A DNA stretch of 64,000 bases from Octopus vulgaris (taxonomy: Eukaryota), in assembly GCA_951406725.2 (NCBI GenBank), contig OX597815.1, forward strand, positions 33,542,001-33,606,000, in the 5' to 3' direction. The position numbers and the translations under genes are program-made. The notes below the pieces were generated by a model. The model saw only the letters and a list, made by a program, of their open reading frames with translations, ran no database searches and was not told the DNA's origin. The first letter of the stretch is position 1; the number at the start of each line of letters is the position of its first letter. Positions 26,239 to 41,930 of the stretch are shown one piece after another.

Positions 26239-28562
26239 TGGTTTAGTAAAACAGAATTATTTAGACAATTTTCTTTTATCAAAAGCTTACATCTCTTTCC
26301 CATATATTAGTACCTTATGCTATAAAAATACAGCAACTATTTTTTTCTTCATTGCACTTCATCACAAATGAAAAATTGATGTTGGAAATTGGTTAAATAG
26401 TATTGAAAGTTAGTTATTGATGTTATCTTGTAGGCTAAGTTCAAGATCTGATATGGTCAAAATTATAGAGTGCAGTTGTTAAATTGTAGGAGATAGAAAA
26501 ATACATTGATGATTTAATAAATGATAAACAGATTTAATCTTATCTATCTTTATTTCTGATGAAATAAAGATAGAAAAAAAATTAGATCTGTTTATCTCAA
26601 AAGTTTAGTCCTTCGTTTAAGAGTCATGAAAATAGCGAAAGTGTTGTCACATTGGTTGCTAGCTAGGCTAGCTAGTCTATGACCATACCAGCAATGCTCT
26701 TTACCTTTTTAACTGTTGGAGGAAATGGTAAATTCTTTGTTCGTACTCTTCTGTGTACACTTCTCTGGGTCGTTTGTTTTCAAATCAGACCACCACTTGT
26801 TTCCTTGGATTTTATATTTTGTTTTATTTATGAGCTTGCAGATGGTAGGCTGATCTAAGACTTTGGGGCTGAGATGGTTGACTGAAGCTAAAATTCAGTT
26901 TGAATTTTTATGGGTTTGTAATTTGTAGGAAGAGTTGAGGCAGATATAGTGTTTCAAAAGGATGCTTAGGAAGGATTCAGTCAAGGAAGTATGAGGTATG
27001 TTATGGGTGGTATGGGAATGTAAGGAAACGTAAGCTAGTTTTGACAAGGTGTAAGATTTAGTAATTATAACATATATGAGAGGATTTTCTTTAAAACATA
27101 AAACCTAACGAGAATATATAAAATTGAAGAGTACTGTACTAAATATTTCTCTTGGGGTTTAAATATTGTCTGCAGTTTTGCTAATGTGTTCAACTCCAAC
27201 CTAACCAAAACTACCAGTATTAAAATGCAATATAAATTGGCATCTAATATATGCACAAAAATATCTGAGATTCAACAAAGTATGGTGTTACAAATTAAAA
27301 ACTGTTCATGTGGCTGCCAAACATTTTTAGCTTTTATATATTTTTAAAAAGGATTTACTGCTTTTCCATTTTTAGAGAATAGAATTAGATGATTTTCCTT
27401 CCTTTATTTCATAGAAAAATATTGGTTATTTATATTGATTTGACATTTCTTTACTATTTATTTTTTTACTGTTAATTTTTAAATTCATTATGTACAAACA
27501 CATGTTGAAGGGTTTTAAAGCTGTGTTTGCAACTCCCTGCTGATTGAAACACTTAATTCCGAGATATGATGGTGCATGTATTGAATTAAATATAGCTGTG
27601 CTTGGTGCATTTGTCTGTTGTATACTGAATGTTTACTATTATTTAAGGAATGTTCACAGAATTCCTTTCTACTTTGTCTCAATATAGAAATATCTTGGGA
27701 AAATTTATATAGGATTAATATCCAAAGAGACATAAAGTAAGTAGAAGAGAGTGAAGATGTAGGTAATACATATACATTGATATTGTCCCTGTCATTTATT
27801 TATTCTCTAGTCATTTTGAATGATTATTTCAAACCTATGATATGAATAGCATGGTTATTTGTAAATTAAACTTAAAATAAAGTACTATCTACACGCGTGC
27901 ACAAGTATTTGTTGCATATCAAAAATTATCAGTTGACACAAATATTGTGTGTGTGTGTGTGTGAGGGATGTATGTAACAAGCTGGTTTCAATCTTGTTCT
28001 TTATGTTACAATGTGAAAGTACTATGTACTATTAGACACGAGTTTAACACCACATAAAGTTTTGTTGTACCTACTGTCATTATTGAATTCAGTGGCTGAA
28101 AGACAGTTCTTCCTTAATTGTTCAAAACCAAGACCATGACCCTGATCCAAATTGTAGTTAGATTAATCTGCATGCATTTCCAAATACAATAGTCTGGTGA
28201 TAATATTTGGTACCATTTGGAAAGGCCAGCTAAACTGGGCCTGCTTTGATAATTTATACAATCCAGCAGTAAATAGAAGAATGACATTGGTCTTAATTTT
28301 TAAAAAGTTAAGCATTCAATATACTTAAGCCTTCAATGTGTGATATATTCTGCATAAGCTGTGTTTATATTTACTGATTTTTGCATATATATATGTATGT
28401 GTGTGTGTGTGTGTGTGTGTTCGTGCGTGCATACATACTCTTTGTCTATTCTTACACATATATACTTAAATATGTACACAAAAATAACATTAGCATAGTT
28501 TTATAAAGCCATTGATTTGTTGGAAACTATTATATTTTGAATATTTCTTAATATTGAAGACA

Positions 28563-28789
28563 TTAATCCTTTAGTATTTAAACTGACTGTCTCCAGCCAA
28601 AATATTCCACCTGTTTTATGTTCAAACCAGACAGATCTGATCTCACATACCTACAATGTCATTCTAAAATTAAGTAATCACATTATCAAGATCTCAAAGC
28701 TTTGAGATAATAATGCATGATTAGTTCAAAACAATGTGAATAAATAAAGCATTACATTTGACAGAGTAATCTGAATGCTAAAAGGTTAA
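28563..28789. mobile_element. TTAA-flanked MITE, copy 2 (inverted relative to 10958-11186)
   Basis: TTAATCCTTTAGTATTT ... AATGCTAAAAGGTTAA; the interior is the reverse complement of copy 1 (e.g. ATTACATTTGACAGA.TAATCTGAATGCTAAA). Confidence 0.85.
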
Positions 28790-31700
28790 ACTAACCCTTT
28801 CTAGTGTATGTTGACTCAATTTCAGTTTATAAGGTAATATAAGTTACAAGGAAAATTTGTTTGAAATTAAGAGAAAGATTGCTGGGTGTGACAATGACAA
28901 ATTTACTCATCTTCTTGTAGGCAAGACGAGTTATAATAGAATCCAAGTGTTAACTTCAGCCAAATTTTCTGGAGAAGTTAATGAAAGAAACATGAGATTC
29001 TTATCTGCAGGTAATCCTATTAAGTTACAGCATGAGTGAAATCTTGCCAGTTTCTCCCTCCACCTTAATTTTGTGTCTTATTTATTAATCCATCTTTTCT
29101 TCCCTACTTAAATCTTTTAATGGTGTCTTTTAGAGTTTATTTAATTCAAGAAAAGTACTGAAGCTTGGTTTATAGCTCAAGAAGTTTTTATTCTGTTACT
29201 TGCACTGATCTGTATCCTTGAGTAAGGCATTTTATCTTGACTGAGCTAAGTTTATTTTTAAAAAATTCATAGAATAACCTCAGGTAAAAGAAGTAAAAAT
29301 AATTTGGAATTACTCTTGAAACTCTTCATCAAAAGAAATAAAACCAGTTAAAGGTTTTGTTATATTTCACATACATGCTGCTAGTGGTAGAATGGATTTC
29401 TCTCCTAAATAAGGCTTAATAATAATCTGAGTAAAGCATATCCAAGATGAGTTAGATTTCCTGTTAATGAAGTACACTTTACTTAATCATGGGTTCTTCT
29501 GTACTTGAAATTATTGTTTCAAACTTTGGCACAAGTCTAACAATTTTAGGTGGGAGGGATATAGTTGATTACATTGACTCCAGTACTTGACTGGTATTTT
29601 ATTTTATCAGTATTTGAACTCAGCATAAAGAGCCAGAAGAAATAGTTAAGGATTTTGTTCAATATGGTAACAGTGCTATCAGTTTGTTGTCTTTTGACTT
29701 GACATCTTACAATTTTGTATACTTTTTACTGATAATTGTTTTATCTTATTGGAAGTAATAAATAAAGGGCATTTCAACCACCCCCCTTACCTACTTGATG
29801 TTAAAATATAGGTTATTTATGATCAAATTTTGATAGTAGAAAAAGATGTCAACTCTTTATGAATAATAAATTTTAAAAAATGTAAAGCACCTACTTTAGC
29901 TCACTACAACTTTTCAATTGCAGTGTTCCCTTTTATATAGTGTAAGAACAATGAGTGCGAATATTTTAAATTCTTTTGAATATTTCATAATTATATCAAG
30001 CTAAATTATTGAGTTGAAATTATACTCTCAGTGACTTACTTAGGTTGTTATGATATGAAAGGACCTCATAACATTGAACCTATTTAGTTACATTGCTTTA
30101 TTTTTTTAGTTGAAATCCAACAGAAGTCTGGCGGAATCAAAATATCTACCATTCAAGCACTATAGTCCAGTATATCAGATCAAAAATCCATCTCCCAAAA
30201 TTTGTAGCCTATTAGAAAAGATCACTGCCCATAAAACTACTACTTAATTTCCAGTTAAATCAGCACTCTACCCTCTCTCTTTTATGCTTTGCTGTGTAGT
30301 AAATGAAATAGGCAAGATTGAGGGACTTAAATTATGGCATAGTAAGAAGAGAACTCATGGTAATTGATAACCTATCTTTATGCTATCACGTGAGAAACAT
30401 GGGGAGTAGAACAATTTCAGTCATACTCTTAAGGCTTTAATTATTTGTTTATATTTTTAATGTGGATTTATTTTCAGATTTGTCATATTTCTAACATCTC
30501 AGTCAATAGTCAATAATTATAAGGCAACTGTTTGTAAACCAATCTCTTAGGAAAGTTTCTCATCTTTTCTTATAATTTAAGCTCAATCTTTTTTAATTTA
30601 ATGTACCTTTCACTGAAGTTATGTTATTAACCAGAAAATTAAGTTACCATTAAAATTACCTTATAATGACTTATTTTAATTTCCTACATATTTCCCTCTG
30701 TAAGTGACATTACTAATACTACTAACATGCTGAAAAGTTTTTATGTTTGCTATGCTACAAACACTGCTTATATGGATTATTTCAAATTATTGTATACTTC
30801 CTGCAGGTGGTTCACTAATCCTTACAGTACACTGTTGTTTTCCCTCTTATAAACTAACAATTCAAATTTTTCATACAATCCTGTTGTGACTGTACGTTCA
30901 CTTTTGGAATAACATTTAATTTTCATGAAGTTTTTCATGGTTTCCTCCTGCAATGACCTTCTTTTTATCTTCCCAGAATTAAAACAAATTATTAAAAAAA
31001 TTTTTTTTCATTTCTCTTTTACTGCTTTGTCTTAAATCTTACAGCTATACAGAATCATACGAAAATCTGTTAATATTTATTTCATGATTAGATAAATTTT
31101 CTTAATTCTTTTTTTCTCTTCTTTTAAATTTGATTTATTAATCCTATTCATTTAATTAATTTTCATTTTCATAATTTTAACTTTGAATAGATTTGTTTTA
31201 ATTTTAATTATTTTTTCTTTTTCTTTTAATTTATTCTTGAAACTTTTAACATAAAATATGTAATTATGGGCCAAGCTGCTACTTTTTCTTTTTAAGCTTA
31301 TCTTCGAAAGGTTTCTAACTGCTTATCAATCTTGATCTTATTAATTATGCCTGTAATATCTTCTGAAAGTCTGTAAATAAAAAGGTGGTGACTGCATCAA
31401 CTGAATATATTTTAACAAACTTCTATCTGGTAGTTTACTTCATCATCATCATCATCGTTTAGCGTCCGTTTTCTATGCTAGCATGGGTTGATTAATATGA
31501 AACAATAATATTGTTTGTTGGGTTTCTTACTTTCCTATAATCAGGTTTGTTTAATTTGTTTTTCGGCCTAAGTATATTTAGCAAAGCTGTGAAGGAAGAA
31601 AGTGGTCTTATCTGATACTTTATTTGTAGGATGTACTGAAGCTGTCTAATGAATGTGTGGTCTTGTACCACAATCATTTGAACAATGGATAAAATATATT

Positions 31701-34700
31701 ACAGTATTTAGATGTGTTCCCTTCTGCTCTAAGTTCAAATCCAAATCCTTTGAGGGCCAGCTTTGCCATTCATCTTCCCCGGGTCAGTAAGTTTAGCCAA
31801 GTGCAGGGGTCATTAATAACTATTCATATCCCTTACTCCAAAATGTATGGACTTCTACTGTAATATAAAATCATTATTAAATGATAATAACAATAAAATA
31901 TAAATTAAAATTATCAAGACTATTGAACGAAAATTTTTTAATAATTTTTATTTTTTTTATTTTTTTAATTATATATTTATTGTCCTTATGAGTGCTAGTA
32001 GTTAATATTGAGAAGTTGTTTTATTGTCTTATGATAATGTCAGAAACTATTGAACAAATATCATCATTAATCATCATCATTATCATTTAACAGTCATCCT
32101 TCATGTTGGTATGGGTTAGATTATGACAGGAACTAGTAAGTCAGAGGACTGTGCCAATTTCTACTCTGCTTTGGCATAGTTTTCATGGCTGGATGTCCTT
32201 CTTAACACCAACCATTTTACAGAGTGAACAGGTTCCTCTTTATGTGGCATCAACACCACCAAGATATGTGGTATGGATGCCCTTCTAAATGCCAACCACT
32301 TTACAGAGTGGATTGGGTGCTTTTTATGTGGTACTAGCAGTGGAAAGATCACTAAGTAACTTGCAAGACAAATATCCTTTGAGAGTGGGACAGTATATTT
32401 GTAAAATAAAAAATTTAAATTAATTTCATTTAGGTAAAATGAGGCTGGGAGGGACTTGATGAGGATTCATTAAGGAGAAAACTGGAATAAAGGATTCACA
32501 ACTGCCCCCCCCCCCCCACTTGATTTCAATATTTTTTGTGCTCTGATGAATTGTGCCCAACATTTCTTGTACATTTAATAATTATAGGTAAAGTTTTCTT
32601 TAAAATTTGTTGAAGAAATTGAGAAAAATGAATAAAAATCTTATTAAGCAAATAAAATAAATAATATAATTATCTTTCAAGATTAAAGAAACTTGGGTTA
32701 TAAAATTATGCAGTAGTAGAGAGGCACCAACTCAAGCTGTATATTTATCATTAATTTTTATCTTGGATTGTGTAAATTCTTTATACCAATCCTTTAACAT
32801 AGTCATACTTCCTGTTTTACCACTTGCTGCTGATCAGTTACTTGATTAGTTTGTCAGCTAATGCAAAATAGCATTCGCAGAAAAGTTTTGTTTTTCAGCT
32901 TCTCAGCAATGTAAGCTAACAGTACAATCTACAAGTCCAAGGCTCTTTCAAGTCTTAATTGCATTTGTAAGTTTACTAAATTATTATTGTTAGTATTGCT
33001 TTAAAAGATTAACTACTTATCCATTTTATTTTTATTCTCATTTGACAGTTGTCCAAAATATATAAGCATATCAAATCTAATAGCAGTAGTAGTAGTATTT
33101 GTACATCATATGATGTCGATCTCGCTTTTTAAGGCTTCAATTGTTGGTTGTTCCTACCTGATTGTTAAGTTGAGAGAATAAGGTGACCTATCATCAAATT
33201 GTTTTTTGTTTTAATTTTTTTTTCTCAGTTAAGCTTGTTTTTGGCACTGAGCTGAGTCATTCATAACATGCCCTGCAGAAGTACAGAGCAACAAATGAAC
33301 AGACTAGTTAAGCTGTCAGTTACTTAAATGTCACTTCATACTACTTGGTGTTTTTCAACATTTACAAGCTTAACCTCAGCAATCAACTCAAGGGATTTCC
33401 CTATTTCTCAGTGTAGCTATTCCCCGCTGTCCCCAAACGATGTTATGTGGCTTGCTAGCTGGTTTTACAAGGTTTTTCAAGTGTCTTTTGTTTTTCATTT
33501 TGAAATATGTGTGAAAGTGTATACTTATGTGCATGTGTGAATGTAAAAACACTCTATCACATTAAGCTTTTTTTTTTTCTTCATACTCCTGTTTTCCATT
33601 TAAAGAAGCTTAGAGCGTTAACAGTAATTTCAGTGAATTTTATGTTTAGTGAGTATATATATTCCTGAATGATATTAAAAGATTCAGGTAGATTGCTACA
33701 TTCATTCAGTTAAATATACTTTCCATTAATGATAGCTTGATGCATGCATCTAGCTGTTTCAACATTATTCTAGGAATTGTGTTAATTTAAGATATCATCT
33801 TAGAGTTATGTTGTTTTACAACATTTCTATGTGTCTGATTTTTATTTACTTAAACTATAGATATGGATAACATGGTATCTAAACTTCTCTGTTCAAATTA
33901 CAGCTTTGTGAAGCATACTGCAAGTTTCAGAAATGTTTAGATTTCTCCACAGTGATCAAATCACTTTAGAAATTAATATTTGAGATGAAATGATGTAACT
34001 GAAAGCTTAGTTTTATGTTTATCTGTACTGACTCATAGTTCAAAGAGCAGAGTCAACTTTGTCTTTCATCCACCCAAGTTTAATAGATAACAGTTATATA
34101 ATTAGATTATGTTAATTGGTTGCTTCTTGCATTCTGTAGAGAACTTTAAATAGAAAACAGCCAAAATAATAGAAAAGGAAATGGAATGCTTCACCATGTT
34201 TAGTTTATTTTTGGTTTTCAAGTTCAAATGTAATAGAGGTTTGCTTTACCCTCCATCTCTCTGGTTTCATAAATTAAATTAATTTCCTATATATATGTTG
34301 GGTTTCATTCAGAAGACTATATCTCTATATAGAAATAAGCCTTGAGTATGTTAAAAAGAATTTGAAAAAGCTTGTTTTAGACTGGGAATTAAAATTTCTG
34401 TGTATAAAAAAAATCCCTTTAGTGAATTAATTTTTAAGCATTTGACTGCACTTAATATTCAGTGTTATTAATTTTGTGTTTAAATTGTGTAATTAGTCTT
34501 TATAGTTGACATGGACAATACCACAACCTCTTCGTTTGTATCATGGATTTCATACAGCCTAGGAAATATCTATTTTTGGATAGGTTATTCTTAAACAAGT
34601 CGCTTACAATAGGGCAAGCTATACAGGATTTGTTTTAAACTTGTCATTTGTTTAGAATACATTCAAATTTAGACATATGCTGGTTATTGAATTTAGATGA

Positions 34701-35467
34701 TATATTATGCAGATCAATTTCTTCAAGATCATTGGAAATGTTGTTACTATGATCAATAACAATTTTTAGGTTTGACTTTTTAGATATATGTAGTATATTT
34801 GTAATTGTGGACAGTTATATTTTTGTAAAAATAACATCAGACATGCATAAATGCACATGCATGCACTGTTTGAATTAAAAGTTATGTAAAATAGAGAATA
34901 AACATCATCATCACTTTTGCATACATTTCCAGTCTGGCTACAAATGGTGTGTGTGTGTTTGTGTGTATGCACACGCGTGTGTGCAAGCTAAAACCGAGGC
35001 AAGGAAAATGAACCAGATAGGGTTGTATTTACAAGATGGTAACAAGAAATCCTTCCTATTTTTTTTTTTTAATCAATAAATGAAAAGCTTTTGACCAAAT
35101 TGTATTATAGTCATTGTGGTGTTTGTACTCCTGGATAAGATGCTTTACTATATTTGCTTCAACATTCCCAACTGCCAGCAGGATCTACTACTTTCAAAGA
35201 TAAGTGGTAGGCCACTGAAAAGGCATTTAGCTATTATAAAATATTATTCTATCAGTGTGAAAGTATTCAATTGTAAAAATGCTTGCTATTAATGCCAACA
35301 TTGGAAAATGTAAAATAATCATCATTTTATCATTTTTCTACTTTGCAATGCTGGCATACATTTGAACTGGTTAACATATACCATCTGAATTCTGTTTCAT
35401 TATGTCTGTGAAACTGAACATCATTAGACCTCACCTGATCACTCATTCTGTTTTTAGTTTATTATTG

Positions 35468-35891
35468 GTTGCATGGTAATAAGTTGGCTTCCAAATCACA
35501 TGGTTCTGGGCTCAGTCCCACTGTATGGCACCTTGGGCAAGTGTCTTCTGCTATTACTCTGGGCCAATCAAAGCTTTGTGAATGGATTTGGTAGATAGAA
35601 ACTGAAAGAAGCCTGTTGTGTGTGTGTGAATTTATGCATATGTCTGTTTGTGTCTCCTTATCTTGACATCATGGGATAGTTGAAAATGAGTGTCACTGTC
35701 ATACAAGTAGTGTCACTTATTTCCAGTATTCTGCTGGAATATATCTTACCATGGGGGAAATATTAACTTACATGGAAACAGGTGAGAGGGTTGGTAACAG
35801 GAAAGGCATGTGACTGTCAAAAATCTTCCTCTCTACATTCCACTTGAACTATGCAAGCATGGGAAAGTGAATATTGAACTGATGATGATGG
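35468..35891 (+). mobile_element. SINE head B with RTE-like tail
   Basis: CACATGGTTCTGGGCTCAGTCCCACTGTATGGCACCTTGGGCAAGTGTCTTCT head, (TG)n, and a tail ending (GAT)n. More degenerate copies at ~36655-37030 and 37362-37680. Confidence 0.85.
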
Positions 35892-38800
35892 TAATATATC
35901 TATATAAGGGCAAATGTTGCTCAGAGTTGAACTTGACCAAATTTATCTTTTATTCAGTACATATATAATGTTTTAAACTATATTTTATACATGCACAGAC
36001 CCTCTCATTCACCTTCAGGCTTTGATTAGTTCTTAAGATTTGCAACCTATTACAATATTCTTCCAATTGCTTAGTATTAGGTAATCAACAGTGATTAGGA
36101 ACCATACCAGTGTTTTGTCATATGCTGATAGAAAGTCTTTATGTACTATTAGTGTCTGCATTTATTGTTTCTCACTAGATTCAACACAGTTTTACATGCA
36201 TATAGTCATAACCAAGTAAATTGTTTGATATATATATTTCTTATTACTATTTAGCTGCAAGTGCATTGGGATAAATATCACCAGTCTCTTAACATTCAAA
36301 TTTCCCCACTCATGAAATAGGTACTATGAAAAATTGTCATTTGTCACTCTAAGTATCATTCTATAATTGTTAGTTCAATGAACTTGTAACACTGGGTTAA
36401 ATCATCTTGCTGTAGATCAAGGGAAGGCAGGCGAAATCTCACTGGAATACCTCCGCATTGAATCCCTATAGGAAAATTCACTCTTTAGTGATTCTCTCTG
36501 TTACATAACTAATCACTGCCACCACCATTGCCATGCCTGAGAATAAATACCATTTGGAGGATTAATTATTAGGTCAGCATTTTATCCTGAGGGGATTTGT
36601 CTTGTTAACAATGGATAAGATAATTTTCTCACTAATTTTTACACACACACACACAGGTGTGTGGTTAAGAAGTTTGCTTCACAACCACATGATATCAGGT
36701 TCACAGTGTCCCGTCAATAGAATTAGTACATGGGAACTGTATGGAAGCTCATCACACACACACAGCAGTGAGAATGAGTGCTCAACACTGCAGTGGTGGA
36801 TAAATATTTTTTATTTGTAGTAGCTGTGTTAATCCAGAAATAAAGTGTGCGCACGTGAATCTGTGTCTTTGAGAATGTTTACATTCAGTAAGGTTTTAGC
36901 ATGAAACTGCTTCAGCAAAGCAATGATATTTGAAGGTAAGTGGAATAAAATTCCCTTACTTAAAAAACATTTAAGGTTGGTTACAGGAAGAACATCCAGT
37001 TATGCTAGCAGGGAAAATCAGATATTGAATAACTTGTGTACAAATTCTCATGCTTTTATGATGAGGTGGATTTGCAGTATAATATCTTTCTGTGCTTCTT
37101 AGTTATGTGTTGTCAGGTTCAAGCTTGTCAAAAGCTGATCTTACTTCATTTTGAAATTTCTATTTACATTCAGTAACTTCCATCACAAATTTATGCCATA
37201 TTTTGACCTAATGGGTATCATTGATCCACATTTAATGACATACTAGCATTATTTCTTTAGGATTTCATTTTTATACTAAATCATGTTTTCAGTGGACTGT
37301 CACTTAGTTTCACATGCAAATATTTAAAGTTGCTGCTCATGACTGATAAGGCTAAAAGACACGGGCATGACTGATTGGTTAAAAAGTTCACTTCCCAACT
37401 ATGTGGTTTTAAGTTCAATCTTACTTTGATGTCTTAAGCAAATGTCTCCTACTATAGCTCTCAGCGAATCAAAGTATTGAGGGTGGATTTGATTAGCAGT
37501 AACTGAAAGAAGCCCATTGTGTATATGTGTGTGTGCATGCATGTCTATCTTTGTGTTTATCTACATTCACACTTCTGAAAATTGGTGAACTTGAAGATGT
37601 GTGGAATAAGAGATCCCTTACTTAAAAGTGGAAAGGTTTAGTGACAGGAAAGGCATCCAGCTGTAAAACAACAATGCCATAGTAATGTACTCATTTAACT
37701 GATGTTACAATGAAAAAAAATTAACATAAATACAAATAAAACAAAATAGCGCAATTCTCCATTAAACTTGTTAAGATGCTTTATGTTATTTTATTCAACA
37801 CCTCCTGTTTCTTTCTATTTCACTCTTCAAAATCCTGCTGGTGTTGTTTTTGTTTTGCATCTCTCCAGCATGAATGGAAATAAAATTTGTTTCAAAAAGG
37901 CATTGTGCCAAGGCAAAAAGTAATTATTTTCTTTACTAGACAAGTATTATATTCTTATCTCAAATAGTAATATAGTAAAAGATGGGAGAAACTCTGTGCT
38001 TAGATTGCACTTTTACCAAATTATTGATGTAAATTTAGCAAAAGTTTATTATATGTAATTCACTTTTATATTGATCTTTAATAACTGAGATAAATACATT
38101 TCTCTTAAATATACGTATTCATTGTAAAACAACTGGCATTCAGTTAAATTCTCCCTCCTCCTGCACCTTTAGTAATGAAACTGGTTCCAACCCAATGATT
38201 TACTAATGTTATGAAAATCTGACACATAATTCAATGTTTTAAACAAGAAGTTATTATTTTGAGAGTATTTAACACATTTTATTAATACCTCTAAAGAAAA
38301 ATAACAATAATCAGTCCTATAAATAGTGTCTTATTTACATACACACACATGGACACACTGGAAAATATAGAGCATTTCATGAGAGAATTACTTTTTATTC
38401 AGTTGTTGAACTGATTTACATGAAGCATGGGAAAATACTGGAAAAGAAAGAAAGGGAAAATACGGAAATTTGTGTTGATTGGCAGGAAATCTATATCTGT
38501 CTCATTATATTGGCCAATTACAATGATCATTAGTGAACAGCAATGCCAGATAGATAAATTTACAACATTTGGCTCCATCACAGTAAAAGCCGAAGAGCTG
38601 GTTTATTTTTCTGTTAAACAATAGAAATTTCATGCCATTTTCAGCAGTATGGTAATAGGAAGGTTGGCTATGTTGTTCTAAGTTCAAACCTTTGTAGTTC
38701 ATTCTCTGTATATATCTCACAGCAGCAGCTTTCATTTTTATTTCAGTATATATGCTGCAACTGTAAAACAATATGCAAATGTTCAACAACTGAGGTATTT

Positions 38801-39139
38801 TATGTATAAAACTAGAAAAATAATTCACTTGACTAAACTAAATATATTTTTAGTTGGTAGGAGGGATATAGTCAATGGAATGTACTGATGTTTATTTTAT
38901 TGATCCTGTTTTTGGTATTCAAAAGGAAAATTCATATACGAAGGCATTCAAAATTGAAACAGTGATACATAGAAATGGTCTGGCAGAAATTCTATAAATG
39001 TTATATCTGTTGGGACACGTTTTAGAATTAACTTAGTCATTTTAGCCCACTCTCTCTTCTGCTCTCCCCAACTTATTGGATCCACTTTAGGACCTTAGTG
39101 TTACTAGTTATGAGGTGATCATTGCTATGTTGAGACAAC

Positions 39140-39308
39140 GAAAAAGGCACTCATACACTGTATGAAGCAGTTGGTGTTTGGAAGGGCATCCAGCCATAGA
39201 AACCAAGCCAAAGTAGATATTGATGCATGACACAATCTTCCAACTCATTCAAGCTTGCCAACCCATCCAATCCATGCCAGCATGGAAACTGGATGTTAAA
39301 TGATGAGG
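39140..39308 (+). mobile_element. RTE 3'-end fragment
   Basis: GGAAGGGCATCCAGCCATAGAAACC..CCATGCCAGCATGGAAACTGGATGTTAAATGATGA. Confidence 0.8.
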
Positions 39309-41930
39309 ATTTCTTATTTTACTTTGTTTTGTTTTGTTGTATCTCTGAAAAGCTTGCTGAAGCACTCTTAGATGAAATAAAACTTAAGAGTATTGAAGGC
39401 TTGTGTTTGATGAAAATATACTTTTTCTCTCATGCATTGTGGTCCTTCGTCATCGTACAATCTACTGAGTCACATTGCTTTCTGGCACCGTTCTATCCTC
39501 TAAACTACATTACTGTAAAATATATAAACATACACTAGAATACTGTACACCCCTCATTCATCTATCATAATCCTCTCTTATTACTGTCATTATCATTCAT
39601 GCCTCTGTCTTTCATTCTACTATCATTCATACCTCTAACTCTGGAGACAACCATCAGATTTGAATGAGTACTAAGCTTCAATGTTAAAGCTAAGTGAAGA
39701 CAAATCTTATTTTGTGAAACCTAGAAAAACATTTAGTGAATTACAAATACTTGACCATTTTAAATCAAAATCTTTACTATCTCAGTTTTCTTTATAGGTA
39801 CCAGCTGGCCTTGTGTACAATTCAGATTGATTGTAAAAAAGTCTTTTTAGAACATCTTTTATTGTTAGCACTGATCTTTAATATATCGAATTTAATCTTT
39901 AGATAATGTCCAACATCTGGTGGTATTAATTGCAGTGTATTGTATTATAGTGAGTGATACATAAGTTGAATATATTCTGTATACATTATAATTGTCAATT
40001 GTGGGCTATAGTTAGGGTTAGGGTTAATTCATAAATCCCCAATGACATCTTATCAGTACTGCAGTTGCTATATGGCTACAAGCTGGTAGAATTGTTTGCA
40101 TTGTGGGCAAAATGCTTTGCAGTATTTCGTCTGTCTTTATGTTCTGAGTTCAAATTCTGTTGAGGCCAGCATTGGCTTTCATCATTTTAGGGTCAATAAA
40201 ATAAGTACTAATTGGGGTCGATAAAATAAGTACCAATTGAAATTACTAGCTGTCTGCCAAAATTGAAACTAATATTACAGTTGTTTTATTGTGAAAAACA
40301 AAAAATTACCAGTGCATTTTATAGATATCACGGGCTTTATTAATCCTTTGCTGTTTGTTATCATTCATATTTATATATTGATCTTTAGCTAAGTTGCCTA
40401 AATTTTGCCAAGTTACAAATCAGGTATATATTTAGAAATATAAAAAAAAAAAAACAAAATCAATAAAAAGCAAACAAAAATCAATATTACCTTGAAAAGT
40501 TATTTTTTAAATGAGAAGTATCCACATCTTTCTCTTTTATATTTTTTAATTCTGTGTAGAATTATAATTCCATTTAGACAGAATTAGTATAGATCTTTTT
40601 TCTTAAAACTCATTCTTTCTTTCACTTTCCATATCTCTATAAACACTGTGTGTGTGTTTTAACATTCTGTGAAAATTTGAATATTCAAAATAGTTTTGCT
40701 CAAAGAGCAATTTCCCTACCACCAATTGGTACCATTTTTGCTTAGGAATTTTATTTTACGTTTCCATGTTTGTTACATATGTATATCATATTCAGATTTA
40801 ATATTTTTGTGAGATTTTGAAATGTCATTTTCATTTAATTCCTGTATACACCCAAACATATTAGGAATTAAATTAGTATGAAATTACTTGCATTCTTTGC
40901 CACATTCCTCTTAACTGAATTTACATCTACCTCACTATTTCAGTTATTTCCTGATTGAATTGATTCTTATAACCCTCCAACTCCCACTCTTCTGTAATGG
41001 GATGCTTACAGAGAGTCTTATTACATTATGGAACTACCTTCTGTTAGTATGGTGACTAGAAGAATTGCCTTCTTCACTTGGATATAATGTCTTAATACCA
41101 TACTTTATTGCTATTGTGAGCTATTATATTATATAATTGCAAATGAAGGATATTATTATGAAGTTCTGTTCATTCGATTATCAGGAAATAGATTATATGA
41201 ATTTATGATAATGGATGTATTATTTCATCTAACTTAAATACTCTTTCATATTGTTGTGAATCTCAGTAATGAATTGTTAGTCAAAATAGGTGACGTATTA
41301 TATCTAGCAATTATTAAAATTTGTTAATTAGTTAAATCAGTAATAATATTATCATTATTGTAATCACTAATATATCCTTTTCCGTGGCATAGATTTTATA
41401 GAATTCCTTTAGAATCAATTATTTTCTTTGGAGTAATGGTTTGTTTGTTTGAGAGTTCACTGCTGTGAGAGCCATTGCAACAACAGATAATACATAACAA
41501 ATTTGTAAAGCTGAATTTGTAAAATTATCCTACCCACTTGCATGCAAAATTGGAAAATATCCTTTTCAAATGTTAAGTAATCAACTAAAAGGGATATAGG
41601 TGATTAGATATGTTTTGCTGATACAAAATAAGTTGTGATACAAAATATTACCCATTTACTGGAGTAATACAGAAGTTTTATTACTTTATAGTAATATAGA
41701 AAATACATAACATGTTTATATTTTCCACTTATCAATAGTAGCAAATACAAAGCACAGATGTTGTACATATAAAAAATTTCTGTTTTGCCATAAAGAAGTG
41801 TCAGTTCTGGCTAGGGTAAGCCATTTTAGGGGTTGGTGTGGAAAGGAAATAATATATAAGCATTTAGTGAATGCTGCATTCTTCTATTGTTAGTATGTAT
41901 ACTGTGTGTGTGTGTTTGTATACAAACACA

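Noticed and set aside
26556-26565. CTGATGAAA as a hammerhead core
   Set aside because: No stem II between CTGATGA and GAAA; it is the loop of a simple hairpin.
33328-33540. Slightly GC-richer ORF as an alternative DIP2 exon
   Set aside because: No convincing phase-1 donor and no recognisable homology.
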